The notes under the pieces were generated by a model that saw nothing but the letters and a program-made list of their open reading frames with translations, was not told the DNA's origin and ran no database searches. Below, piece after piece: positions 34,864 to 41,107 of a stretch of DNA of 44,533 nucleotides (positions are counted from its first letter, which is position 1; each line of letters opens with the position of its first letter). Both the position numbers and the translations under genes were made by a program. This DNA comes from a virus, in the IMG/VR virus record IMGVR_UViG_3300014039_000008. One strand, 5' to 3'.

Positions 34864-34891
34864 CCCCGGCAGGAGACTGCCGGGGTCTTTT
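34864..34891 (+). terminator. intrinsic terminator ending the cargo island
   Basis: 9-bp stem CCCCGGCAG / CTGCCGGGG, GAGA loop, then TCTTTT. Confidence 0.85.
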
Positions 34892-34894
34892 GCG

Positions 34895-35152
34895 CACCGA
34901 ATGAGCACCGAGAGTTTTGAAGATTTGAAAATTGAGGTCGGAGAAAGTCGGAGTTTGAGCAATGTAAAGAGAGAAAATGAGAAGCGTTGAGAGGCAGTGA
35001 TAGGAAGAGAAAGAAAGATGGATAGAAAGTGTAGTTCTTCAAGATACTCGCTAATAGAGTGTAGAAAAACGGTGGAACCATTGAAAACTCAATGGTTCCA
35101 CCGTTTTTGAAGATGGCACATAAAGAAAAGGACACCGAAAAAGCACCGAAAA
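34895..35152. other. putative attP region (AT-rich, non-coding, next to the integrase 3' end)
   Basis: Low GC. Short direct repeats: TTTTGAAGAT x2, GCACCGA x2 plus one ACACCGA variant, GTCGGAG x2, AGTGTAG x2. No ORF. Confidence 0.4.
35065..35108. terminator. bidirectional intrinsic terminator
   Basis: Perfect 18-bp stem AAAAACGGTGGAACCATT / AATGGTTCCACCGTTTTT with A and T tails on either side. Confidence 0.85.
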
Positions 35153-36307
35153 TCACGTGTTAGTCGGAGGCGAGAGCTGGACGGCGTCCAGGATGGTGAT
35201 CGCGCGCTCCTCCTCTCGGGGGTAAAGGTGGGCATAGGTATTCCATGTGATTTGGACGTTGGAGTGGCCGAGGCGGCGCGCGACCTCCTGTATGTTGATG
35301 CCATTGTTAATGAGCAGGGAGGCGTGGGAGTGACGGTAAGCATGGAGGCGTATATTGGGGAGCCCAGCAGAGGCAGAATAGGAAAAATTGCGCTCTCGAA
35401 GGGCGGTGAAGCCGAGATGGGCAGGGCCACCGCAGACGAGGAAGTCCGGCGAGAAGCCGGGCATACCGCGCTGGAAGCGGAGGTGTGCCTGCAGTTCCTC
35501 GAAAAGGGGAACCGGGATGCCAATATCGCGGACAGAGGACTCCGTTTTTACCGGGCCCTCCCCAAACCGATCGGAGTAAGTGCGGCGGATGCGGATCAGG
35601 CGGGCCGGGAGATCGATATCCGTCCAGTGCAGGGCGAGGACTTCGCCGGGCCGCATGCCGGTATAAAATGCGACGACGAAAAACATCATGTATTGCCGCT
35701 CTTGGATGGGATTTTTTGCGGCGGAAACGGCGGCTGCTGCCGATGTGTAAAAACGCTGAAATTGCTCTGCGGTATAGAATTGGAAATCGTGCTGCGGGGC
35801 GGACGGCATGGATTTGCGCTGACGGCGGAGCCGCCCGAAGGGGGATACTGTGATGATGCGGAGTTCGACGGCTCGGGCAAACATGGACTTTACGCTTTTG
35901 TACACTTCGGAGATCGTACCGGGTGCGAGGCCCTTGCCGTGGAGAGACGAGACCCAATCGGAGACGTGGCGCGGGGTTACAGCACTCATACGGAGCGGCC
36001 CGAAAAATGGGGCGGCGTGGGCGCGAAGGCGGGACTCGAGCGCGGTGAGGGACGACGCACGGACCTCGGTGGACCGGTACGTGATAAACTGCGGGATAAA
36101 CTCGGCGACGGTGAGGCGGTCATCGGCGGTGGGGGCGGGGGATTTGGCCTCGGCGCTGAGCTGGCGCTCCATATCGGCGGCCTCGGCCTTGCCGTAGACG
36201 ATACGCTCGATGCGGCGGTAGGCCCCGGTATCGGGGTCGGTATAATTGACGCGGACGCGATAGCCCTGCAGGCCGTCGCGCTTTTTTTGGATCTTTGTGA
36301 CAGGCAT
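35153..36307 (-). CDS. int: tyrosine recombinase / phage integrase (384 aa)
   Basis: Start MPVTKIQKK 8 nt after AGGAG. Catalytic signature present: YTGMRPGE, HAYRHSHA, LGHSNVQITWNTYAHL. Confidence 0.9.
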   Translation of the reverse strand: MPVTKIQKKRDGLQGYRVRVNYTDPDTGAYRRIERIVYGKAEAADMERQLSAEAKSPAPTADDRLTVAEFIPQFITYRSTEVRASSLTALESRLRAHAAPFFGPLRMSAVTPRHVSDWVSSLHGKGLAPGTISEVYKSVKSMFARAVELRIITVSPFGRLRRQRKSMPSAPQHDFQFYTAEQFQRFYTSAAAAVSAAKNPIQERQYMMFFVVAFYTGMRPGEVLALHWTDIDLPARLIRIRRTYSDRFGEGPVKTESSVRDIGIPVPLFEELQAHLRFQRGMPGFSPDFLVCGGPAHLGFTALRERNFSYSASAGLPNIRLHAYRHSHASLLINNGINIQEVARRLGHSNVQITWNTYAHLYPREEERAITILDAVQLSPPTNT

Positions 36308-36330
36308 AGCAGACTCTCCTTGGGGCGGGC

Positions 36331-36744
36331 TCAGCCGCGAAGCCAGCCGATATTTGGGCTGAGAGCGTCGATGATCAGCAAAAAGACAACGACGGCGACG
36401 AGGCTGGTGGCGATGATGGCAAGCAGCCGCATCCAGCGCGCGCGAAAAGCTGCGAGGCGCTCGAGGAATGCGATGCGGGCGTCCTTTTCCGCGAGCAGCG
36501 CCTCGCAGGTAAGGGCAGCGGGTGTGTCCTCCGGCGGCGGGAACAGGTCGGGGAGTACATCGGACATCGGGACCTCGGCTGCGGCGACGAGGTCGATGAC
36601 CGTCTGGAGGCCGGGGTTTTCGGTCCCGCCGGAGAGGATGCGGGAGATCGTGCTGATGGGGACGCCGGAGCGATCCGCCCACGCGGCGAGGGTGAGGCCG
36701 GACTTTTGCTTGACGGCATTGAGCCGGTCACAGATTTGTGTCAT
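36331..36744 (-). CDS. XRE-family HTH regulator with a C-terminal transmembrane anchor (137 aa)
   Basis: ATG 36744 after AGGAGG. HTH is LTLAAWADRSGVPISTISRILSG. C-terminal TM is LLAIIATSLVAVVVFLLII. Confidence 0.75.
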   Translation of the reverse strand: MTQICDRLNAVKQKSGLTLAAWADRSGVPISTISRILSGGTENPGLQTVIDLVAAAEVPMSDVLPDLFPPPEDTPAALTCEALLAEKDARIAFLERLAAFRARWMRLLAIIATSLVAVVVFLLIIDALSPNIGWLRG

Positions 36745-36872
36745 GGTGTCGCCTCCTGACGATTTCGTTTTCGGGTGCGGATTTTTGCAAAAAGCGTGCG
36801 GGGTTCCCGTTTTTGGCCGTGGTTTCCCGCGGCGGGGGATGGTACGATGCGGGTGCAAAGGGGGTGCGCCGG

Positions 36873-37088
36873 ATGGAGCGATGGATCAAGTACCGGTTTG
36901 TAAGGGAGTACCGGCGGCTGCGGCCGGACGGGCGGGCGCGCGTGGAGCGCGCCAGAGACGAATTGAGGCTGGCCGCCTGTGGGGTACGGCCAGCCTCAGA
37001 AGAGGAGATCGTGCGGGAGTTTTTACGGCTGCCGCCGGAGGGGCAGCGGGAGGTGCTGGACGTGCTGGAGATGTGTGTGCGTAGTTGA
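36873..37088 (+). CDS. small hypothetical protein (71 aa)
   Basis: High GC3 in this frame by eye. No strong RBS. Confidence 0.45.
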   Translation: MERWIKYRFVREYRRLRPDGRARVERARDELRLAACGVRPASEEEIVREFLRLPPEGQREVLDVLEMCVRS

Positions 37089-37220
37089 TATTTGCAGTAT
37101 ACCATAAAGCGGCAGGAGATATCAAGAGACACATTGCACAAATAACATGGGGTAAAATGCACAAAAATGCTAGAATGCGGGTGGAGGGGAGACCCTTACG
37201 ACGGACAAGGAGGACATAAG

Positions 37221-37349
37221 ATGGACATTTTGGCGGAGGTCATCGGCGAGCTGGCGCACCTGACGGAGGCGGAGCTTTACAGTCTGCTGCAATTTCTTCG
37301 GGCGGCACGGCGTAATTCGCGTTTGGAATGCGAAAACGACGCGCTATAA
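37221..37349 (+). CDS. small hypothetical protein (42 aa)
   Basis: ATG 37221 after AAGGAGGA. Followed by a terminator at 37444. Confidence 0.4.
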   Translation: MDILAEVIGELAHLTEAELYSLLQFLRAARRNSRLECENDAL

Positions 37350-37443
37350 TATAGGCAGGGCCGCAGGGAAGTAAGCGTTTATCGATCCTTTCTTTTTCTT
37401 TTCAGTGCATAAGCAAAAATCTCCTTTCTTTTTGCAAAACAGG

Positions 37444-37484
37444 GCCGCATCCGTTAGCAGAACGGGTGCGGTCTTGTTTTGTTT
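37444..37484 (+). terminator. intrinsic terminator
   Basis: 12-bp stem (two G-T pairs), AGCAG loop, then CTTGTTTTGTTTG. Confidence 0.65.
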
Positions 37485-37664
37485 GCGGCAACACCGCGCG
37501 GTGCTGCCGGTGGTGCGGAGGTGCACCCGCTTATCGTCACTCTGTACGAACTGACAGTGCCTTCCCGAGATTGCACCCCAAGGGCACTTCCTCGCGCTTC
37601 GCGCTCAGGGCGCCACGTCGCGTTGCTCCTCGCAATGACAAACTTGGGGGGATTTGACCGTTTT

Positions 37665-37747
37665 AACGGGGCCGGTGCGGGGCGCGGGTGCGGAGCCGGG
37701 AGGGGCATGCCCCTCCCCTACAGGGTAACGGGGGCCGGTGCGGGGCG
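37665..37747. repeat. 20-nt direct repeats flanking a perfect 20-bp palindrome
   Basis: AACGGGGCCGGTGCGGGGCG (37665-37684) and AACGGGGGCCGGTGCGGGGCG (37727-37747) flank GGGAGGGGCATGCCCCTCCC (37698-37717). Confidence 0.9.
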
Positions 37748-37757
37748 TACACCGCAT

Positions 37758-37797
37758 ATAGGCAAATATAGGCAAATATAGGCAAATACAGGCATAG
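37758..37797. repeat. 10-bp tandem repeat ATAGGCAAAT, three perfect copies plus one degenerate
   Basis: Read directly. One helical turn per unit. A further ATAGGCA occurs at about 37349. Confidence 0.9.
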
Positions 37798-37829
37798 CAA
37801 AAGCCCGCAGCGGGTGCTGCGGGCTTTGC
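37798..37829 (-). terminator. intrinsic terminator for the CI-like gene (bidirectional shape)
   Basis: 12-bp stem AAAGCCCGCAGC / GCTGCGGGCTTT with a GGGT loop. A and T runs on both sides. Confidence 0.8.
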
Positions 37830-37830
37830 G

Positions 37831-38226
37831 CTAGGTGCCGGGATCGTCGGCGCGGCGGGCAAGGATCTCCTCCATGAAGTCGGCCAGCTTTGGCCAGAAC
37901 TCCGGCGGGAGGTCGGCCAGCGCGAGCAGGAAGTCCCGGCGAAGGTCGCCCGGCGGGGACTCCGACAGGCTGCGCGCGAGGTCGAGGATCTCCTGCCGGA
38001 GGGTCCGCTGGACGTACATCTCGCCATGCCCCTCCCGCAGCCAGAGCTCCGAGACGCCGTAGACCCGGCAGATGTCCAGGATCGTCCGATCTGAGGGCTG
38101 CCTTGCGCCGGTGCAAAGAGACCCGGCGAGGGACCGGCTGATATGGATGCGTTCGCCGAATTCAGCCTGAGTCAGGCCGGAGGTTTTAAGGATAAGAGCA
38201 ATGCGCTCATTGATTGGTTCGGCCAT
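37831..38226 (-). CDS. CI-like XRE-family repressor (131 aa)
   Basis: ATG 38226 after AGGAGGAGG. HTH is LTQAEFGERIHISRSLAGSLCTG. Divergent from the early promoter. Confidence 0.8.
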   Translation of the reverse strand: MAEPINERIALILKTSGLTQAEFGERIHISRSLAGSLCTGARQPSDRTILDICRVYGVSELWLREGHGEMYVQRTLRQEILDLARSLSESPPGDLRRDFLLALADLPPEFWPKLADFMEEILARRADDPGT

Positions 38227-38248
38227 GGGTTCACCTCCTCCTAGGGAC

Positions 38249-38277
38249 AGGATAGCACACAGAGTGGAAATAGTCAA
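38249..38277 (-). promoter_or_regulatory. leftward promoter for the repressor gene
   Basis: On the minus strand: TTGACT, 17 nt, TATCCT. Confidence 0.6.
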
Positions 38278-38284
38278 CAAAATA

Positions 38285-38303
38285 TGCCACAATGTAGCGA
38301 AAA
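38285..38303. promoter_or_regulatory. putative operator O1
   Basis: TGCCACAATGTAGCGAAAA lies between the two -35 boxes. Near-repeat of 38357-38375. Confidence 0.5.
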
Positions 38304-38307
38304 CATA

Positions 38308-38336
38308 TTGACAAAAGCGCAGCGGGATGATACGAT
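38308..38336 (+). promoter_or_regulatory. rightward early promoter
   Basis: TTGACA (38308-38313), 17 nt, TACGAT (38331-38336). Confidence 0.65.
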
Positions 38337-38356
38337 GACACTGCGAGGCGCGGGAG

Positions 38357-38375
38357 TGCCACATAGTAGCGAAAG
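38357..38375. promoter_or_regulatory. putative operator O2
   Basis: TGCCACATAGTAGCGAAAG lies just downstream of the rightward promoter. Confidence 0.5.
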
Positions 38376-38395
38376 GAAAGAAAGGAGGAGAGGAG

Positions 38396-38569
38396 ATGCG
38401 GGGGATGCTGATCGCGTTCGGCTGCGCGACGGCCGCAGCGGGGACGTTTGTGTGCGTGCTCACTGCAAAGCGCAAGGTCGACCGCGGGACGCTGCTGACG
38501 ATCAGCGGGGTGCTTCTGGGCATGCTGGCGCAGCTGGCCCTGTTTGGACTGATGCTCGTGAGAGGATGA
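38396..38569 (+). CDS. 57-aa hydrophobic peptide (two predicted TM helices); first gene of the early operon
   Basis: Below the 60-aa cut-off of the ORF track. ATG 38396 after AAAGGAGGAGAGGAG. MRGMLIAFGCATAAAGTFVCVLTAKRKVDRGTLLTISGVLLGMLAQLALFGLMLVRG. Very high GC3. Confidence 0.6.
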   Translation: MRGMLIAFGCATAAAGTFVCVLTAKRKVDRGTLLTISGVLLGMLAQLALFGLMLVRG

Positions 38570-38744
38570 GCAGCGCCGCCGAGAAGTACTCATCTGTTAT
38601 GCAGGTGGTGCAATGCTGGCGCTGGAACAGATCCGCGATCCGCGAGAACTGCGTCTGCAGCTCCGCGTCCGGGCAAAGAATCTGGAGGCGGTAGGCCGCG
38701 GACAAAAAGCGCCAGAAAGAATCCCCACGGTCGACCTCGGACAT
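38502..38744 (-). CDS. possible convergent small gene (80 aa) overlapping the 3' end of the TM-peptide gene
   Basis: Hand-counted GC over 38601-38759 is 83/47/58% for coordinate mod-3 classes 0/1/2. This fits only a minus-strand frame (pos3 83, pos2 47, pos1 58). The product MSEVDRGDSFWRFLSAAYRLQIL... is plausible. No RBS. Confidence 0.35.
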   Translation of the reverse strand: MSEVDRGDSFWRFLSAAYRLQILCPDAELQTQFSRIADLFQRQHCTTCITDEYFSAALLILSRASVQTGPAAPACPEAPR

Positions 38745-38761
38745 GCGGGCGTAGCTATCGC

Positions 38762-38869
38762 AAAGCAGCGCGACGGCGCGAGATCGCGAAGCTGCTGAAA
38801 ACGCTGGCGGAGCTGCAGGGCTACAAGGACGCGGAGTTTGAAACGGAGGAGCTGCTGGAGAACGAGTAA
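38762..38869 (+). pseudogene. orphan coding-like 3' segment (…REIAKLLKTLAELQGYKDAEFETEELLENE*) with no start codon
   Basis: High GC3 and a clean stop directly before the next RBS. No ATG, GTG or TTG in frame back to the TGA at 38567. Confidence 0.3.
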
Positions 38870-38882
38870 GGAGGAAGCGGAA

Positions 38883-39029
38883 ATGGCTGAGAACAGGCGG
38901 CACCAATACAGCTACATCGACGGGAACGGCCGGGCGGTATTTGTGAGCGAGTGGATCAAGCGGCCGAGATGGAGGAAGAAGCCCCGGCACAAGGGACGGG
39001 GCAAGGTTTACGGACAGGCGCGCGGATGA
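38883..39029 (+). CDS. small very basic protein (48 aa)
   Basis: ATG 38883 after AAGGAGGAAG. Contains KRPRWRKKPRHKGRGK. Confidence 0.55.
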   Translation: MAENRRHQYSYIDGNGRAVFVSEWIKRPRWRKKPRHKGRGKVYGQARG

Positions 39030-39050
39030 GCGCCGGAAAGGAGAAGATCA

Positions 39051-39563
39051 ATGAGCGTAAAAATCGAAGTAAAGGGCAAGGCATGGCCGGAGAAGTACCA
39101 GAAGCTCCTCGACCGGGCGGAGGAGCTGACCAGCGACAGCGACCTTGAGCAGGCTTGCGTGTGGAAACTGCTCGGGGCAATTGCAGACGCGCGCGGGGAA
39201 GAACTGCACGGGGAGCGAGTAGACAACAGGCTGGCGGCGCTCAACTTTGCGGTGGAGATGCTCCTGGGGGATGGACAGTGCGCGGCGCAGACGCCGGAAC
39301 CGGCAGCGACGGCAAACCCGGCCGAAGAAATCAGCCGGGAAAGCATGCGAAAGGCGGGAGAAAAGGCGGACGAGGCAAGCAAGTGCATGCAGGAGCTGCG
39401 GGACGCCGAAGAGGAATGGAGCGCGCTGCTCCCGGAGCTGGTCAACAGCGACGCCGAGAAGGAGGCATGGACGCGGCTGGTCACGGCCGACGAGCGCATG
39501 CGCCGCACGCGCAGCCAGCTCCGCAGGGCAGCCAAGATCGCGATGGGGTACATCACGGAGTAA
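39051..39563 (+). CDS. hypothetical acidic helical protein (170 aa)
   Basis: Track ORF with ATG after AAAGGAGAAG. Confidence 0.7.
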   Translation: MSVKIEVKGKAWPEKYQKLLDRAEELTSDSDLEQACVWKLLGAIADARGEELHGERVDNRLAALNFAVEMLLGDGQCAAQTPEPAATANPAEEISRESMRKAGEKADEASKCMQELRDAEEEWSALLPELVNSDAEKEAWTRLVTADERMRRTRSQLRRAAKIAMGYITE

Positions 39564-39575
39564 GGGGGTGAGGAT

Positions 39576-39707
39576 ATGAGCGAGAGCCTGAAGCAGATGA
39601 CGGATAAGCTGCTGACGCTGGCCGGGCAGATGACGGAGGCGGAGATGGCGGCGGTCAAGGGCTGCATCTACGGCATGATCGTCGCCGTGGATAAGAGAAA
39701 CGAGTGA
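39576..39707 (+). CDS. small hypothetical protein (43 aa)
   Basis: ATG 39576 after GGGGGTGAGG. MSESLKQMTDKLLTLAGQMTEAEMAAVKGCIYGMIVAVDKRNE. Confidence 0.5.
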   Translation: MSESLKQMTDKLLTLAGQMTEAEMAAVKGCIYGMIVAVDKRNE

Positions 39708-39770
39708 TAGGGGTGCGGCGGTGCACCAGAACACGCAAGCCATTGAATTGGCGTGTACCGGGCGCTCAGT

Positions 39771-39822
39771 GAGCGCCGCTACCGATAGTGCGTGCAGAGC
39801 GCCGCTACCGATAGTGCGTGCA
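39771..39822. repeat. perfect 26-bp tandem duplication GAGCGCCGCTACCGATAGTGCGTGCA x2
   Basis: Read directly (39771-39796 and 39797-39822). Preceded by the hairpins ACACGC...GCGTGT (39731-39756) and GGCGCTCA-G-TGAGCGCC (39761-39777). Confidence 0.95.
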
Positions 39823-39854
39823 ATGACAAATCTGGAAGAACGGAGGATAGCAAC

Positions 39855-40193
39855 ATGAGGATCGCAATGATCTGCGCGCTGGGCGCGTGGATGGCACTGG
39901 TGGTACTGCAGGAGGCGCTGGCGGAGCGGGAGCGCAGACGGCTGCAGCGGCAGGCCGAGGCGCAGGAGCGCATGTGGCGCAACGCCCGCGACATGCAGAT
40001 GCGGCACTGGGAGGAGATCGGCAAGCAGCACGACGAGCTGGACCGGCAGGCGGAGGATCTGCGCCGCTGGGAGGACGAGCTTGCGGAAAAGGAGCAGCAG
40101 CTTGGCGCGCAGCAGAAAATGCTCGAGGAGCTGGCCAAGCAGATCGTGACCGGGCAGGACGCCGGGACGACCAACGAGGCCGGGGCGGTATGA
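39855..40193 (+). CDS. N-terminal TM plus coiled-coil protein (112 aa)
   Basis: ATG 39855 after CGGAGGA. Starts MRIAMICALGAWMALVVL, followed by an E/R/Q-rich helix. Confidence 0.65.
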   Translation: MRIAMICALGAWMALVVLQEALAERERRRLQRQAEAQERMWRNARDMQMRHWEEIGKQHDELDRQAEDLRRWEDELAEKEQQLGAQQKMLEELAKQIVTGQDAGTTNEAGAV

Positions 40194-40504
40194 GGACCGG
40201 GCGGGTGCGGGTCCCGCAAGTGCGGGACATTGAGACGGCGCTGCGGCTCTACTACGAGCGGCTGGAGCTGAGCAACAAGGACATCCAGGAGCTGTTTGGC
40301 GTCGCGCCGTCAACCATCAGCCGCCTCAAGGCGCTGGTGCGGGAGGCGCAGGAGCGCGACGGAATCCAGTGCTGGAACATCAACCACGTCAACACCGAGG
40401 AGGCCTACAAGGCGTGGGGCATCGACATCCAGCGACTCGAGCGCAACTACAAACGGCTGCAGTCCCTCCGGCTCAAGCCGGAGGGCGCGGTGGGCGGCGC
40501 GTGA
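40190..40504 (+). CDS. HTH-domain protein (104 aa)
   Basis: ATGA overlap with the upstream stop. Contains LSNKDIQELFGVAPSTISRLKAL. Confidence 0.65.
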   Translation: MRTGRVRVPQVRDIETALRLYYERLELSNKDIQELFGVAPSTISRLKALVREAQERDGIQCWNINHVNTEEAYKAWGIDIQRLERNYKRLQSLRLKPEGAVGGA

Positions 40505-40610
40505 TCCGCCCGACCTGAGGGCGCGCAAGGGACGGCCGCGGCGAGAGCACAAGCCGCGGAGGGCAGGCTCGATACCTGCCGCCCTCTCCAGATAAGAGGA
40601 GGAGATCACA

Positions 40611-40805
40611 ATGACCAATTTTGCGAGGATCGTGCAGAGCACGGAGGCCATGGCGGCGGCGCTCGTCGATGCGGCGTGGTGCGAGGGCTGCCAGTACAAC
40701 CAGCGGGGCATCTGCCTCTACTACCGCAACGACGGAGCGGACGACACGATCGCCGAGGCCTGCACGAGGCGGGCGGCCGAATGGCTGGAGGAGGAAGCGG
40801 AATGA
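40611..40805 (+). CDS. small Cys-containing protein (64 aa)
   Basis: ATG after AGAGGAGGAG. Confidence 0.6.
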   Translation: MTNFARIVQSTEAMAAALVDAAWCEGCQYNQRGICLYYRNDGADDTIAEACTRRAAEWLEEEAE

Positions 40806-41107
40806 ACTGGATGAGCAGCGCGGCGCAGATCGAGCAGGCCCGGCTCGATGAGCTGAACCGCAAGGCGGAGGCCAGAGCGCAGGCCCGCAGATGCCGGGAG
40901 GCGGAGCAGCGGGCGGCAGTGGCCGAGCAGAGGGCAAAACAGGCGCAGCAGGACGCGGACCGGAAGGTCGCGATGCTGGTGCTGGCAACGGCCGCGATGG
41001 CCTGCATGGTCCTCGGGGTGTGCGTGATGCGCGCCTCGGCATGGATCGGGGCCGGTCTGCTGGGCGCGGCGGCGCTGCTGGTGAGGTGGATCCCGCGTGA
41101 GGGATGA
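40802..41107 (+). CDS. coiled-coil protein with C-terminal TM helices (101 aa)
   Basis: ATGA overlap. Contains VAMLVLATAAMACMVLGVCV and WIGAGLLGAAALLV. Confidence 0.6.
   Translation: MNWMSSAAQIEQARLDELNRKAEARAQARRCREAEQRAAVAEQRAKQAQQDADRKVAMLVLATAAMACMVLGVCVMRASAWIGAGLLGAAALLVRWIPREG

Noticed and set aside
36308-36682. N-terminal extension of the integrase ORF (the track gives a 509-aa ORF).
   Set aside because: The extra 125 residues are R/P/H-rich and overlap the XRE-TM gene in another frame. MPVTKIQKK at 36307 has an AGGAG RBS and gives a normal 384-aa integrase.
38284-38798. + strand ORFs 38284..38694 and 38613..38798 in the early leader region.
   Set aside because: The position-specific GC hand count (83/47/58%) does not fit either + frame: a + frame with pos3 in class 0 would have pos1 below pos2. 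Products are R/C/W/S-rich, and 38284..38694 also runs through the promoter and operators.
39771-39822. The 26-bp tandem repeat, and the 10-bp repeats at 37758-37797, as CRISPR or mini-arrays.
   Set aside because: The units are directly adjacent with no spacers and only 2-4 copies. No cas genes and no leader are present.
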